DNA of 64,000 bases from Candidatus Anderseniibacteriota bacterium (lineage in GTDB: Bacteria; Patescibacteriota; Andersenbacteria; UBA10190): positions 5,106 to 69,105 of the forward strand of contig JACPWO010000001.1 of assembly GCA_016197005.1 (NCBI GenBank), read 5' to 3'. The position numbers and the translations under genes were made by a program. Under the pieces are notes generated by a model, which had not been told where the DNA came from, made no database searches, and saw nothing but the letters and a program-made list of their open reading frames with translations. Positions 17,972 to 27,621 of this stretch are shown here, one piece after another; within the stretch, counting starts at the first letter, position 1, and the number at the start of each line of letters is the position of its first letter.

Positions 17972-19461
17972 GGCTTGTTCTCAAAAATCCAAACCATCGG
18001 CAATCCGTTAATAGTCACAGTGTGCACGGGTGTTTGTTGATCCAGATATATATGGATCAAATCTGATTCAGGGCTATCAGCACTGCGTTCAAACATGGAG
18101 CGGTACAATACTACAAAACTAGGAGTGTTTTCTGGAATATGTGCTAGCGACTCAACGCTACCGTGGCCATTATAAAAGTATTTAAAAACGCGAGGGTAAT
18201 ATGTGGCTACTGAGCGATTTGGATCGTGCTCCTCAACCCAACGAGCCGCTTGTTCAAGGCCCTGGCCCCAGCCGAGTTTATGGTCCGCTTCCAAGGGATA
18301 GAATGGGTTAACATAGGACAAGTAGTAGGGGTGAAGTCTAGCGTCAATTATAAATAATGACAGCAAGATGAAGATGATCGCTCCTAAACGTGCCTTCTCA
18401 ACATTTAAATGCCAACGCTTTTGCGACCAATCAAGAAGTAGCTGTAAGCCAACTAATCCAGAAACTGTGATTGTAAGTAAAGAAAATAAAATATAGCGAA
18501 CACTTCGTTCACCACGCAAACTCAAAATTACTGCATATAGAACACCAGTTAGTAGCAACACTCCTGCTGTTCGGCCCATTCGTGTATGTCTATTACGCCA
18601 AATAGCGAGAAGCGAAAAAGGAAGAAAAATAAGAGCAAAAGGTGAAAGTCGAACAGCGCTTTCTCGTATGTAGTACCACCACTGATCAGTTACTTCACCC
18701 GTTCGTGTTCCGTCTTCATATTGTGAAATACCATCGTACATAGCATGAACAGTGTCAGCTACGTTCACCCAAAGCGCTGGCCAAACAAAAAACAGAGTAG
18801 CTACCGCTGTTAGCAGCCAAAGAGTAAAACTCAGTATTATTCGAGAGAGCGGGAGACGCTGTGTCCTTACGTAAAAAAGAATAATGATTGCGTGGGCGGG
18901 TATGATGGCTAGGGCAAAAACTTTTGTTAAAACTGCCAACCCTAGTAATATTCCGCTGAAAGCGGCGTAGCGCTTATCGGTAATTTTTTTCTCTTGCCCT
19001 GTCCTCTCCAGATACACTAGAAGCGAAAGCGTGCTAGTCAGAAGAAAAAGACCAAGCAAAGCGTCAGTATGTACGACGCGACTATGCCCGATCAGAAATG
19101 GATCGAGAGCAAGCAGAAAAGTAGCTGACCATGCCCAGAAAGGTGGCCACAGACGACTCAAGAAATACCCACTCAGGAGAATAAGAAGAGCAGTTACCAC
19201 TGCGATGGAAGATTGGGAAACCGCCAACGATCCAAAACGAGCAACTGATCCAGAAATCCAGGCAGTTGTTACTCCTGGCTGCAGGGCAGGGACAGATTCG
19301 GCAAATTGAAGTGTAGCCACGCGCTGCACAAATACTGCACCGCGATCTATCCATAGTGGTTCATCGATAGTGAGTACTTGCCCAAGGCTGAAGAGACGAG
19401 GAGTGAAAAGGGCAAATCCAAGAGCTATTCCAATGCTAATACCTAAAACAATATTTTTCAT
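17968..19461 (-). CDS. GT-C-fold glycosyltransferase (DE-motif, GT39/83-like) with conserved C-terminal domain family
   Basis: Loop-1 motif TIDEPLW. Close paralog of 40049..41581 (shared blocks QPGVTTAW, HSRVxHTDALL, GWGQGLEQ, …TVTINGLPMVWIF). Confidence 0.65.
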   Translation of the reverse strand: MKNIVLGISIGIALGFALFTPRLFSLGQVLTIDEPLWIDRGAVFVQRVATLQFAESVPALQPGVTTAWISGSVARFGSLAVSQSSIAVVTALLILLSGYFLSRLWPPFWAWSATFLLALDPFLIGHSRVVHTDALLGLFLLTSTLSLLVYLERTGQEKKITDKRYAAFSGILLGLAVLTKVFALAIIPAHAIIILFYVRTQRLPLSRIILSFTLWLLTAVATLFFVWPALWVNVADTVHAMYDGISQYEDGTRTGEVTDQWWYYIRESAVRLSPFALIFLPFSLLAIWRNRHTRMGRTAGVLLLTGVLYAVILSLRGERSVRYILFSLLTITVSGLVGLQLLLDWSQKRWHLNVEKARLGAIIFILLSLFIIDARLHPYYLSYVNPFYPLEADHKLGWGQGLEQAARWVEEHDPNRSVATYYPRVFKYFYNGHGSVESLAHIPENTPSFVVLYRSMFERSADSPESDLIHIYLDQQTPVHTVTINGLPMVWIFENKP

Positions 19462-19549
19462 ACCTGGTCAATTCGGACAAATAATAGCATTGTAGTGGTC
19501 TTTCAACAGCACGGTAGCATAGCTTTACTTCCTTTGCTACGATGCGGAT

Positions 19550-20266
19550 ATGTATGAGCGTATTAAGGCAGGCTGGGCAGCCTCCTCGCAAGAATTTGCG
19601 GGGAGAAATAGTTTTTGGGATAGGAGTGCATTGGTTATGTTACTTCGTCGCGTAGTTGATTCTAAGCTCAAGAAGTACGCCTCAGGTGACCTTCTGGACG
19701 CTGGTGCTGGCACGCTAGCCTATCGTGGTATGGTCAAAAAATATACTTCGTCATATACCAGTGTTGATTTTAAGGCAACTCACCCTGAACTGGATCGAGT
19801 AGCAGATATACAAGCGTTGCCGTTTGAGAGTGCATCATTTGATACCGTCCTGTGTGTGGAAGTACTCGAGCATGTGCCATATCCAGCCAAAGCTCTGGCT
19901 GAGTTGTATCGTGTGCTGCGGCCAGGTGGTTATATAGTTATTACAGTTCCGCATCTTGGGTATTTACATAACGAACCTCATGACTACTATCGATTCACCA
20001 ACTATGGCTTAAACGTTCTACTTAAAGACGCCGGATTTGAAATAATTTCAATAGAGCCTAACGGTGGGTTTATCTCTTTCATTCAACATATTCCGGCAAC
20101 TTTTTTAGTCGGCATGACCCATGGTATTCCTATTATTCAAGGACTAGTCCAAGAGATTAATCGACTGTGCAGCTACCTTACAATTTGGTTAGATGATCGA
20201 ATTGATAAACGTAAATTATTTGCCGTGCACTTTGTAGCCGTAGCGAAAAAATCTGGCCATGCTTAG
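19550..20266 (+). CDS. class I SAM-dependent methyltransferase
   Basis: Motif I is LDAGAGTL, and the post-I region reads VLCVEVLEHVPYP…LRPGGYIVITVP. Confidence 0.7.
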   Translation: MYERIKAGWAASSQEFAGRNSFWDRSALVMLLRRVVDSKLKKYASGDLLDAGAGTLAYRGMVKKYTSSYTSVDFKATHPELDRVADIQALPFESASFDTVLCVEVLEHVPYPAKALAELYRVLRPGGYIVITVPHLGYLHNEPHDYYRFTNYGLNVLLKDAGFEIISIEPNGGFISFIQHIPATFLVGMTHGIPIIQGLVQEINRLCSYLTIWLDDRIDKRKLFAVHFVAVAKKSGHA

Positions 20267-21131
20267 TATTCTTGTTCCTCTCTATAATGAAGAAGGTGCG
20301 ATCAAAAAGACACTCAGTGATCTCACGTCGACTGGCGATGAGTCAAGGATTGAGTATGAAATTATCGTTATTAATGATGGTTCGCGAGATAAAAGTGAAT
20401 CAGCCGTTCGATCCTTTCAGCGCGTTCGTCTTTTAACTCACCGACGGAATCAGGGGTATGGAGCAGCGCTTAAAACTGGACTGCGACACGCGAAGGGGGA
20501 ATGGATTGCAATTATTGATTCTGATGGTACATACCGCCCTGTCGATCTCTTTCGGTTATATCGCCTGGCTGAAGAGCGCGAGCTCGACATGATGGTTGGA
20601 GATAGGACTGGGTATCGTAATTCTATTCCTTGGTACCGACGTCCAGGGAAAGTAGTTATTTATTGGTTAGCCGCCTTTCTAGTTTGGCAAAAGGTGCCTG
20701 ATATTAATTCAGGATTGCGAGTATTTAAGAAATCTATGGCTGAGAAGTTTATGCATCTCTACCCACAAGGTTTTTCTTTCACGGTAACTATTACGTTAGC
20801 CGCGCTTACCAGTAATTACTTAGTAGAATGGGATCCTATTAGGTATGACAAACGGATTGGAAAATCGACGATGAATTTTTGGCGCGGACTCTTTCACACC
20901 TTCCCTAATTTTATAGCTTTAGTAATCCGGATCGTTACGTATTTTAAACCCCTTCGTTTTTTTATGATTCCCGCCCTTCTTTTCTTCTTGGTAGGTGTCG
21001 GTAACCTTGTGCGTACCCTTGTTTATGAAAGTAATATTAGTGATGCTTCACTTTTGCTACTTATGGTCGCAACGCAAGTGGGACTAATGGGTCTTATTGC
21101 TGACGTCGTCGTAAAAAGCCGAAGTCGTTGA
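20259..21131 (+). CDS. GT2 polyprenyl-phosphate sugar transferase (Dpm1/GtrB-like) with C-terminal TM helices
   Basis: LSILVPLYNEEGAI…IIVINDGSRD…DSDG, plus two C-terminal hydrophobic helices. It overlaps the previous gene by 8 nt (ATGCTTAG). Confidence 0.7.
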   Translation: MLSILVPLYNEEGAIKKTLSDLTSTGDESRIEYEIIVINDGSRDKSESAVRSFQRVRLLTHRRNQGYGAALKTGLRHAKGEWIAIIDSDGTYRPVDLFRLYRLAEERELDMMVGDRTGYRNSIPWYRRPGKVVIYWLAAFLVWQKVPDINSGLRVFKKSMAEKFMHLYPQGFSFTVTITLAALTSNYLVEWDPIRYDKRIGKSTMNFWRGLFHTFPNFIALVIRIVTYFKPLRFFMIPALLFFLVGVGNLVRTLVYESNISDASLLLLMVATQVGLMGLIADVVVKSRSR

Positions 21132-21133
21132 AT

Positions 21134-21994
21134 TTACTCCCACCCGAGCGGGTGTGCATGAATAAGTTCCTCACTATAAACAGGAACGTCCTGACAAGCG
21201 CGAATCTCGCGGAAGATACCAGTCGGTTCGTCGCTTAAAATATTCCCCCGAATTTGTACTGGTAGCGGATCGGTATTTCGTGCCTTAATAGTGATTCCGG
21301 TATCAATCCAGCGAGTAGGTGGGCGATCAAATGGAGTATGATCACACGTTGGTTGCCAGGTCTTGCCGCCATCGATTGATAGTTCAAGCCATCCTCGGGT
21401 TAGGAAGGCTTTACAGTCAGCGAGGATATGAAGAGGTGTGTTTAAATACGACTTACTTATAGAAAACTGCCAAGACGCCGTACATGCTCCATTACACTGC
21501 AAGTCTGGTGGGTAATCGTCATTTGGTATAAAACCGGTGAACTGATCTAATCCTGTCGTACGATCCCCAGAAATAGTCTCCGGACAGGTCAGATCAGTTA
21601 ATTCTCGGTCATGTACGCGATAGATGTACCAAAGCAGGTAACCTTTAACAGAAATTGTTTCTATTAGAGAAAGATGAGGTCCATGTCGTTCCACAAATGC
21701 AGAAACTAAAAATATATTGTCACAAGCTGGGTGCTGCTCTCGATAATCTTCAAGCGTATAAACACGATGTTGTCCGGCCATAGTCCATAGGCGCACATAG
21801 TCTCGGTAAGCGCTATTAAGAACAAGGCACGAATCCGGGGCAATTTGTCTAAAGCTGGCTCTAAGTATTCGAGCCGCTCCTTCGAAACAGTGGAAACGGA
21901 TCGCAACGTATAGGGTACAAGCGGCGCGATAACAAGTGTGGACAGGAGAAGATAAGTAGTAACGCTTTTTCGCGTCAGGCGTGTTAAAAACCAC
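21134..21994 (-). CDS. Cys-rich soluble domain ORF, probably the displaced C-terminal extracytoplasmic domain of the 21706..23061 GT-C gene (frameshift)
   Basis: 286 aa with no signal peptide or TM helix. The domain is globular and Cys-rich (…ETISVKGYLLWYIYRV…QCNGACTASW…). Its 288 nt overlap with the upstream gene suggests a +/-1 shift. Confidence 0.4.
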   Translation of the reverse strand: MVFNTPDAKKRYYLSSPVHTCYRAACTLYVAIRFHCFEGAARILRASFRQIAPDSCLVLNSAYRDYVRLWTMAGQHRVYTLEDYREQHPACDNIFLVSAFVERHGPHLSLIETISVKGYLLWYIYRVHDRELTDLTCPETISGDRTTGLDQFTGFIPNDDYPPDLQCNGACTASWQFSISKSYLNTPLHILADCKAFLTRGWLELSIDGGKTWQPTCDHTPFDRPPTRWIDTGITIKARNTDPLPVQIRGNILSDEPTGIFREIRACQDVPVYSEELIHAHPLGWE

Positions 21995-23061
21995 GCAGAC
22001 AGAAGAATTGGCAGAGGATAGATCAGGTCAAAATACCGTTCATTAGTGGCGACGCAGCGGTCGCTACCTAGCCATTTACTAACTGTTCCGCACCAGCCCG
22101 CATCCAAGGCAACCGATTGAGTTGCTGCCACAATGAATGGCATCGTTAAGGCAGCGGCGACTACAGACATTACTAAAAAACGCGCCAACTCGTTGTGACG
22201 ACGCAAACCCTGCCACATGGCCCAGAGAAGAGCAACAAGAAAAAGTATTGCAAGGGGGCCATGTAATGTGTGAAAGAGTGTCGCTACAATACCAACCATC
22301 CGAACAATAGCATCTTGAAATGATTCAGGGTTATCATTTCCTCCCGATCCGGCGTAGTTGCTAAAAAGATCCCAACCTTTTAGCCAGCTCGCATATAAAA
22401 ATGGGGCTAGGGCCATAAGTCCACCGGCGAGTGCACTTAATGTAGCGAGCAACTTCTCTTTCCAGGTCGTTTTTGTCAGTAAAATAGCGAGGCCATACGG
22501 GATTGTTTGAACAATAATGTACAGATGTCCATTTGCGGCTAGTCCTAAAAACAACCCGGATAATCCAGCCAGCCACCACCGATGGGATCGCATGTACTGA
22601 TAAAGAGCAAAGGCAGCCAAAACTATAAAGAGAACATTAGGACCCATTTCCCACGTGACGCGGGACCAATTCACCATCCATGACGAAAATAGCGCTATAA
22701 GAAGTCCGGTGATTGCTCCTCGAATACCGGCCAATTTTTTCAGCCATATAAAAAGAACAAGTGAAGCGGCAACACTTGCCAGTGCGGGAGTTAAGCGAGC
22801 AACGAACACACTGGGACCAAAGAGAGCAAAAAAGCCAGCAGTTATGTAATGAGCGACCGCGCCAAAGTGAGCGGTGACACCTCGAAAAATAAACACATGA
22901 TCACGCAGTATTCGTAGTGCCAAGTATCCGTTGTTACCCTCATCCGTCGCAAAATTATTGGAGTAGCTAAGATTGTAGAGCCGAAACGCGGTGGTAAGTG
23001 CTAAAAGCACAAATGCAACAATAAGAATGCGTAAGCGGTAAGAGAAGGTGCTTATAGGCAT
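21706..23061 (-). CDS. GT-C-fold (ArnT/PMT_2-like) membrane glycosyltransferase; 3' end possibly disrupted
   Basis: Loop-1 motif NNFATDEGNNGY and about 11 TM helices. The last roughly 60 codons overlap the next ORF in another frame. Confidence 0.6.
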   Translation of the reverse strand: MPISTFSYRLRILIVAFVLLALTTAFRLYNLSYSNNFATDEGNNGYLALRILRDHVFIFRGVTAHFGAVAHYITAGFFALFGPSVFVARLTPALASVAASLVLFIWLKKLAGIRGAITGLLIALFSSWMVNWSRVTWEMGPNVLFIVLAAFALYQYMRSHRWWLAGLSGLFLGLAANGHLYIIVQTIPYGLAILLTKTTWKEKLLATLSALAGGLMALAPFLYASWLKGWDLFSNYAGSGGNDNPESFQDAIVRMVGIVATLFHTLHGPLAILFLVALLWAMWQGLRRHNELARFLVMSVVAAALTMPFIVAATQSVALDAGWCGTVSKWLGSDRCVATNERYFDLIYPLPILLSAWFLTRLTRKSVTTYLLLSTLVIAPLVPYTLRSVSTVSKERLEYLEPALDKLPRIRALFLIALTETMCAYGLWPDNIVFIRLKIIESSTQLVTIYF

Positions 23062-23146
23062 GTAAGAAATATAGATAATAGAGATACTAGAGTCTAATAA
23101 CTGCTCGTGTCTTGATCGCTTGGTTGAGGTAATTTACTGTTGATGC

Positions 23147-24598
23147 ATGTTACGTTCGACGGAAGCGAAGACAGTTATTCTCGGAGCCGGCCCGGCCGGA
23201 ATGGCGGCGGCAATGGAACTTTGGAAGAAAAAACATCCCACGGTGATTATAGAGAAAAATACTCAAGTAGGTGGATTAGCTCGAACACTTGAATTTAAGG
23301 AAGGTAACGATGTATTTCGGACGGATATTGGCCCACATAGATTTTTCAGTAAAAATCAATATCTGTACGATTTTATTGGTGACTTGCTCGGTGAGGAGTG
23401 GATAACGGTTAACCGATTAACTCGGTTTTTTATTCGCGGCAGGCTCTACTCTTATCCAATTGAATGGAAGAATGCACTCAAAAACTTGGGCATAAGCAAG
23501 TCAATCCATCTTTTACTAGATTACATGTGGGAACGATTGAAAGATGTCGTCTACGGTAAGCGCGTGCCGCGTAATTTTGAAGAATATACGGTTCGTACAT
23601 TTGGACGGACTTTAGCGGAACTAAATATGCTTAACTACACAGAAAAGATTTGGGGGCTTCCTTGCTCTGAGCTCTCGGTAGATTGGGCAGATCGCATTAA
23701 GGGACTCTCATTTTGGGCAGCAATCAAAAACACTGTATTAAAACGTTCCCATGACTCGCCGAAAACACTCGTAGACCAATTCTACTACCCAGAATTTGGT
23801 GCTGGTATGGTCTATGAAAAGATCAGAGAACGGATTAGTTTGGATATTCCATTTCTCTTTTCATCTCAGCCCACGCACATCCGACATGACGCTAAGCGAG
23901 TTACCAGTGTGACTATTACTACTCCGTCCGGGGAAGTTGAGATTGCACCCGAGACCGTTGTTACTTCAATTCCTATTGTAGACTTACTACCGCTTTTACA
24001 ACCACTTCCGCCTCCGGAAATTCTCGCTCATGCCAAAGCCCTACGACATCGATCGCAAGTATATCTTTTTATTACAGTTAATAAGAAGCAAATTTTTCCT
24101 GACCAGTGGATTTATCTGCCAGATTCCCACGTTCCGTTTGGACGAGTCTCAGAAATGAAGAACTTCAGCTCAAAGATGGCGCCTAAAAATGCGACTTCAT
24201 TGTTTATCGAATTTTTTTGCTGGGAGGGTGACAGGGTATGGGAAGCGGACGCGGAGACCCTCCTTACTATGTGCTTACCATTTTTTGAAAAATGGAAATG
24301 GCTTACACGAGAAGATATACGAAAAAGTTATATTCATCGGCAATCCAAGGTGTACCCAGTGTATGACCTTGAATATAGAGGCCACATTGATGCTATTAAA
24401 AAATATGTAGATAGTTTTTCTAATCTTTATTCCATTGGCCGGCCCGGAAGATTTAAATACAACAACCAAGATCATTCGCTTGAGATGGGAATTATGGCTG
24501 CGACAGGAATAATCAATCACACAGCTGTGGATTTTGACGCAGTTATGTCAGGTAAAGAATATATGGAGTCAGGAGCAGCACCTCTTAAGAAAAAGTAA
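23147..24598 (+). CDS. FAD/NAD(P)-binding oxidoreductase, amine-oxidase/UDP-galactopyranose-mutase-like superfamily
   Basis: N-terminal Rossmann GAGPAGMAAA, the GGLART block, and IGPHRFF (compare the UGM 'YGPHIFH' motif). At 483 aa it is longer than a canonical Glf. Confidence 0.55.
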   Translation: MLRSTEAKTVILGAGPAGMAAAMELWKKKHPTVIIEKNTQVGGLARTLEFKEGNDVFRTDIGPHRFFSKNQYLYDFIGDLLGEEWITVNRLTRFFIRGRLYSYPIEWKNALKNLGISKSIHLLLDYMWERLKDVVYGKRVPRNFEEYTVRTFGRTLAELNMLNYTEKIWGLPCSELSVDWADRIKGLSFWAAIKNTVLKRSHDSPKTLVDQFYYPEFGAGMVYEKIRERISLDIPFLFSSQPTHIRHDAKRVTSVTITTPSGEVEIAPETVVTSIPIVDLLPLLQPLPPPEILAHAKALRHRSQVYLFITVNKKQIFPDQWIYLPDSHVPFGRVSEMKNFSSKMAPKNATSLFIEFFCWEGDRVWEADAETLLTMCLPFFEKWKWLTREDIRKSYIHRQSKVYPVYDLEYRGHIDAIKKYVDSFSNLYSIGRPGRFKYNNQDHSLEMGIMAATGIINHTAVDFDAVMSGKEYMESGAAPLKKK

Positions 24599-25542
24599 TG
24601 TCGATTCTTATTACTGGCGGTGCTGGATTCATCGGATCGCACATCGCTCACCGGCTCGTCTCAGAGGGTGAAGAAGTGGTACTGGCTGATATATTTACCT
24701 CACAGGTATATCCAGCTGAGCTGAAACGACGGCGAGTTCAGGCGCTGGTGCCGGAGATGACAATCCATAATATTGATATTTGCAATGCGGAAGAAGTTGC
24801 TGAATTTATTAGTAAAATTCAGCCCTCGGTCATTATTCACCTTGCCGCCCATGCGAGTGTTACGGATAGCGTTTTGTTTCCTCGTGAATACATGGAGACG
24901 AACAGTATTGGCACTCTTAACATCGTGCGGGCGGCTACGAGGACTGGGAGTAAAGTCGTACTAGCAAGTAGTAGCACAATTTATGAGGATGTACATCATG
25001 CAGTTTCTGAGCATGAGCCGGCGCATCCGCTCTCTCCCTACGGACTAAGTAAACAATCGGCAGAACAAGTAGCACGTCTGTGGCACGATCTCTATGGTGT
25101 CTCCACAGCAATTCTTCGTCTCTTTAGTGTGTATGGCCCGTGGGGGAGGCCAGATATGGCTCCACAACTTTTTACTGAAGCTATACTGCATTCTCGGCGT
25201 TGTGCAGTCACTGTCGGTGCCGGTCGTGATTATGTGTATATTGATGATGTCGTTGAGGCGTTTCTGGCAGTAGCCATGAAGACAAGTAACTGGGAGGTAC
25301 TAAATATTGGATCAGGAGTTGTGACACCACTCACTAGTCTAGTAGAAACGATTGGTCGATCTTTGCATAAGATTCCTGAGATAACTATGTCAGTAGGACG
25401 ACCGGGTGAAATGAAAACTACGGCCGCTAATATTACTGCTGCGAATGAACACCTTGGCTGGGAGCCAACGTGGCCATTAAAAGCTGGTATAGATCAGTTA
25501 GTAAGCTGGTATGTGACGGCTATGCAGAAGCAACGATTCTAA
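24598..25542 (+). CDS. NAD-dependent sugar epimerase/dehydratase (extended SDR)
   Basis: TGGAGFIGSH, catalytic YGLSK, 314 aa. Confidence 0.75.
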   Translation: MSILITGGAGFIGSHIAHRLVSEGEEVVLADIFTSQVYPAELKRRRVQALVPEMTIHNIDICNAEEVAEFISKIQPSVIIHLAAHASVTDSVLFPREYMETNSIGTLNIVRAATRTGSKVVLASSSTIYEDVHHAVSEHEPAHPLSPYGLSKQSAEQVARLWHDLYGVSTAILRLFSVYGPWGRPDMAPQLFTEAILHSRRCAVTVGAGRDYVYIDDVVEAFLAVAMKTSNWEVLNIGSGVVTPLTSLVETIGRSLHKIPEITMSVGRPGEMKTTAANITAANEHLGWEPTWPLKAGIDQLVSWYVTAMQKQRF

Positions 25543-26885
25543 GTGAGTCTGAATGTTGTCGTTTTAAGTCCGGCTCGTTTTTGACCGCTTGAAAATCGTT
25601 TCCAGGTAATTCGTAACCCATTGAAAATAGGACCGATAATTGTGAGGGGAATATGTTCAATAAGGATATGAGCAATCCGGGTGCTGCCGACAACAAATAG
25701 CCCAGAAATAATAAATTCAACGATATAACGAGATAGAGGTATATGATTCGGCTCGTACCCAAATGTAGGATTTTGTTTTCCAAGGAATCGACGCCATTGC
25801 ATTCGTATAAATGATCCACGCTTCTTAAAGTCAATCATGTGGCTATGCATTGAAACCACTTTCTCATAAGTAACTGGAGTTAATTTAACAAGATTATGCT
25901 GTTCCATTTCTTCGAGAAGACTTTTTCCTATAGTGGAACGGGCAAGAATAACGGAATATCCACCACGCTTCTTTTCATACTCCGGCGCCCAGGCGTCACC
26001 TACTGAAATGTCAGTTAATTCATTTGTAAAATCTACTGCTAAACGAGAGCTACGCTTCGTGATAAAGAATGGAATAAGATAGTTATAATAAAATTTCTCC
26101 GCGCGCAAAATCTTACCGCCACGAAGCCTTATCTCTAAGTACCCCGGCCACTCACCAGCGCGGTAAGAAAGCGAAGTTACTTGCCCAAGCGTAGCGTTAT
26201 TGGCTCGTAGGTAGCTGTTCAGCGCACCAAATCGCATTACTGTGCCAGTGTATGGCCCTAAAATATATTTAATGCTACGCACAGAGGAATGGTTCAGCTT
26301 TTGTAGCATTCGAATAGCTGCGACTTGATCCGGTAAGCCGACAAATGCAAGTGGACCCTCTTCTTTTCTTAATTTTTCCAAAATAGTTAGAGGTGCCGAT
26401 TCGGTATAAATGCTCCCGGCCGATGATAGTATTTCTTCGCGGGAACGAGCAATAATGGGCTCAACGAGATAAGGAATATCTTTTCGCAATCGTAGAACAA
26501 CAGCCCCGGTAATGCGTTTTGTTTGTAAAAGATATAGTAATGTCTGCGTCAGCACACCGCCGGATGCGGCTTCGATTCGCACGCTATCATCCAGAGCATA
26601 ACCAACGTACGCCTGCTTGAATTCACCAGTAAGCCAAGAAGAAGGATGTTTGCCGAAAATAAATGTATTCAAATTTGGATACGGCAGTCCCCGGTCCGGT
26701 AAAGCTTCCCAAATTGCCGGATCAAGATTGAGTTGTTCTTCCGGAACGGTCGGTTGTGGGGTTAGGTCGTGAGGCGGGTTTTTGAGTCGCAGTTGACCAC
26801 GTGACAACCCTACTTCTAAACCCGTGTGGCTTGAAAGTCCTTCCTTAATGATATTGTCTTGGATTTTTTGCCAGGTTTTGTCCAT
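25539..26885 (-). CDS. FrhB/FdhB-like (coenzyme F420 hydrogenase beta-subunit family) protein
   Basis: AASGGVLTQTLLYLLQTKRITGAVV matches the FrhB N-domain signature. No Fe-S Cys clusters were seen. The start is placed at the internal ATG (MDKTWQ…) to limit overlap; a GTG at 26933 is also possible. Confidence 0.4.
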   Translation of the reverse strand: MDKTWQKIQDNIIKEGLSSHTGLEVGLSRGQLRLKNPPHDLTPQPTVPEEQLNLDPAIWEALPDRGLPYPNLNTFIFGKHPSSWLTGEFKQAYVGYALDDSVRIEAASGGVLTQTLLYLLQTKRITGAVVLRLRKDIPYLVEPIIARSREEILSSAGSIYTESAPLTILEKLRKEEGPLAFVGLPDQVAAIRMLQKLNHSSVRSIKYILGPYTGTVMRFGALNSYLRANNATLGQVTSLSYRAGEWPGYLEIRLRGGKILRAEKFYYNYLIPFFITKRSSRLAVDFTNELTDISVGDAWAPEYEKKRGGYSVILARSTIGKSLLEEMEQHNLVKLTPVTYEKVVSMHSHMIDFKKRGSFIRMQWRRFLGKQNPTFGYEPNHIPLSRYIVEFIISGLFVVGSTRIAHILIEHIPLTIIGPIFNGLRITWKRFSSGQKRAGLKTTTFRLT

Positions 26886-27603
26886 CTTTTCGATAAATAA
26901 ATATTCTACGTAATGCGGTATGCCGACGAACACCTTCCCCGACTATTGCTTCTAATTTTTCACCCAATGCTAGTAACCACGGTGGACCTGCCGGTATAAA
27001 AACAGTAGTTTTCTCCTTAAGTTTAGTGCAGGCAGCTCCGGCAAAGGTCGATGTGATAAGACGCCTTTGTACCATTCGATGCGGGCCTTCAGAATGATGT
27101 AATCCTAGGACGGGCGCAAGTAAATGGATCGGTTCCCAGGCAACGGTTGGCGTTGTCAAGACGATAGCTCCTCCAGGTTTTGTAACACGTACTAGTTCTT
27201 GTATATATTTTCGCGGCCAAGGTACGTGTTCTAACGTTTCGTAACTTAACGTTACATCAAAGGTATTGTCAGCAACAGGAAGTGGAAGATTAGTAAATTG
27301 TTGGACAACCGCTGGAACATTCGCTGCCTGTAACCGTTTAGTCGCAACATCCTTAAAAAATTGAGAAACAACCAAACAGGTAAAAGAAAGGTTTTTATCT
27401 TTGTTGCGTTCATAGAAAAATTGCGAACCGATTCCTGTGCGAGCATCAATGTCTAACACATGAGCGCCAGACGGAATAACAAAAAGTGGAGCGCTATCTG
27501 TAAACCGCCGCTCGTAGGACGCCGTTTTGGCATTTATTTCGTCATAACCAACCGTTTTATCCCAATGTTGGGCCACATCTGCCAAACTCCAATTACGCTT
27601 CAT
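26845..27603 (-). CDS. class I SAM-dependent methyltransferase
   Basis: VLDIDARTGIGS…TLEHVPWP…VTKPGGAIVLTTP. Confidence 0.65.
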   Translation of the reverse strand: MKRNWSLADVAQHWDKTVGYDEINAKTASYERRFTDSAPLFVIPSGAHVLDIDARTGIGSQFFYERNKDKNLSFTCLVVSQFFKDVATKRLQAANVPAVVQQFTNLPLPVADNTFDVTLSYETLEHVPWPRKYIQELVRVTKPGGAIVLTTPTVAWEPIHLLAPVLGLHHSEGPHRMVQRRLITSTFAGAACTKLKEKTTVFIPAGPPWLLALGEKLEAIVGEGVRRHTALRRIFIYRKDGQNLAKNPRQYH

Positions 27604-27621
27604 GTGTGTTACTATACGCGC

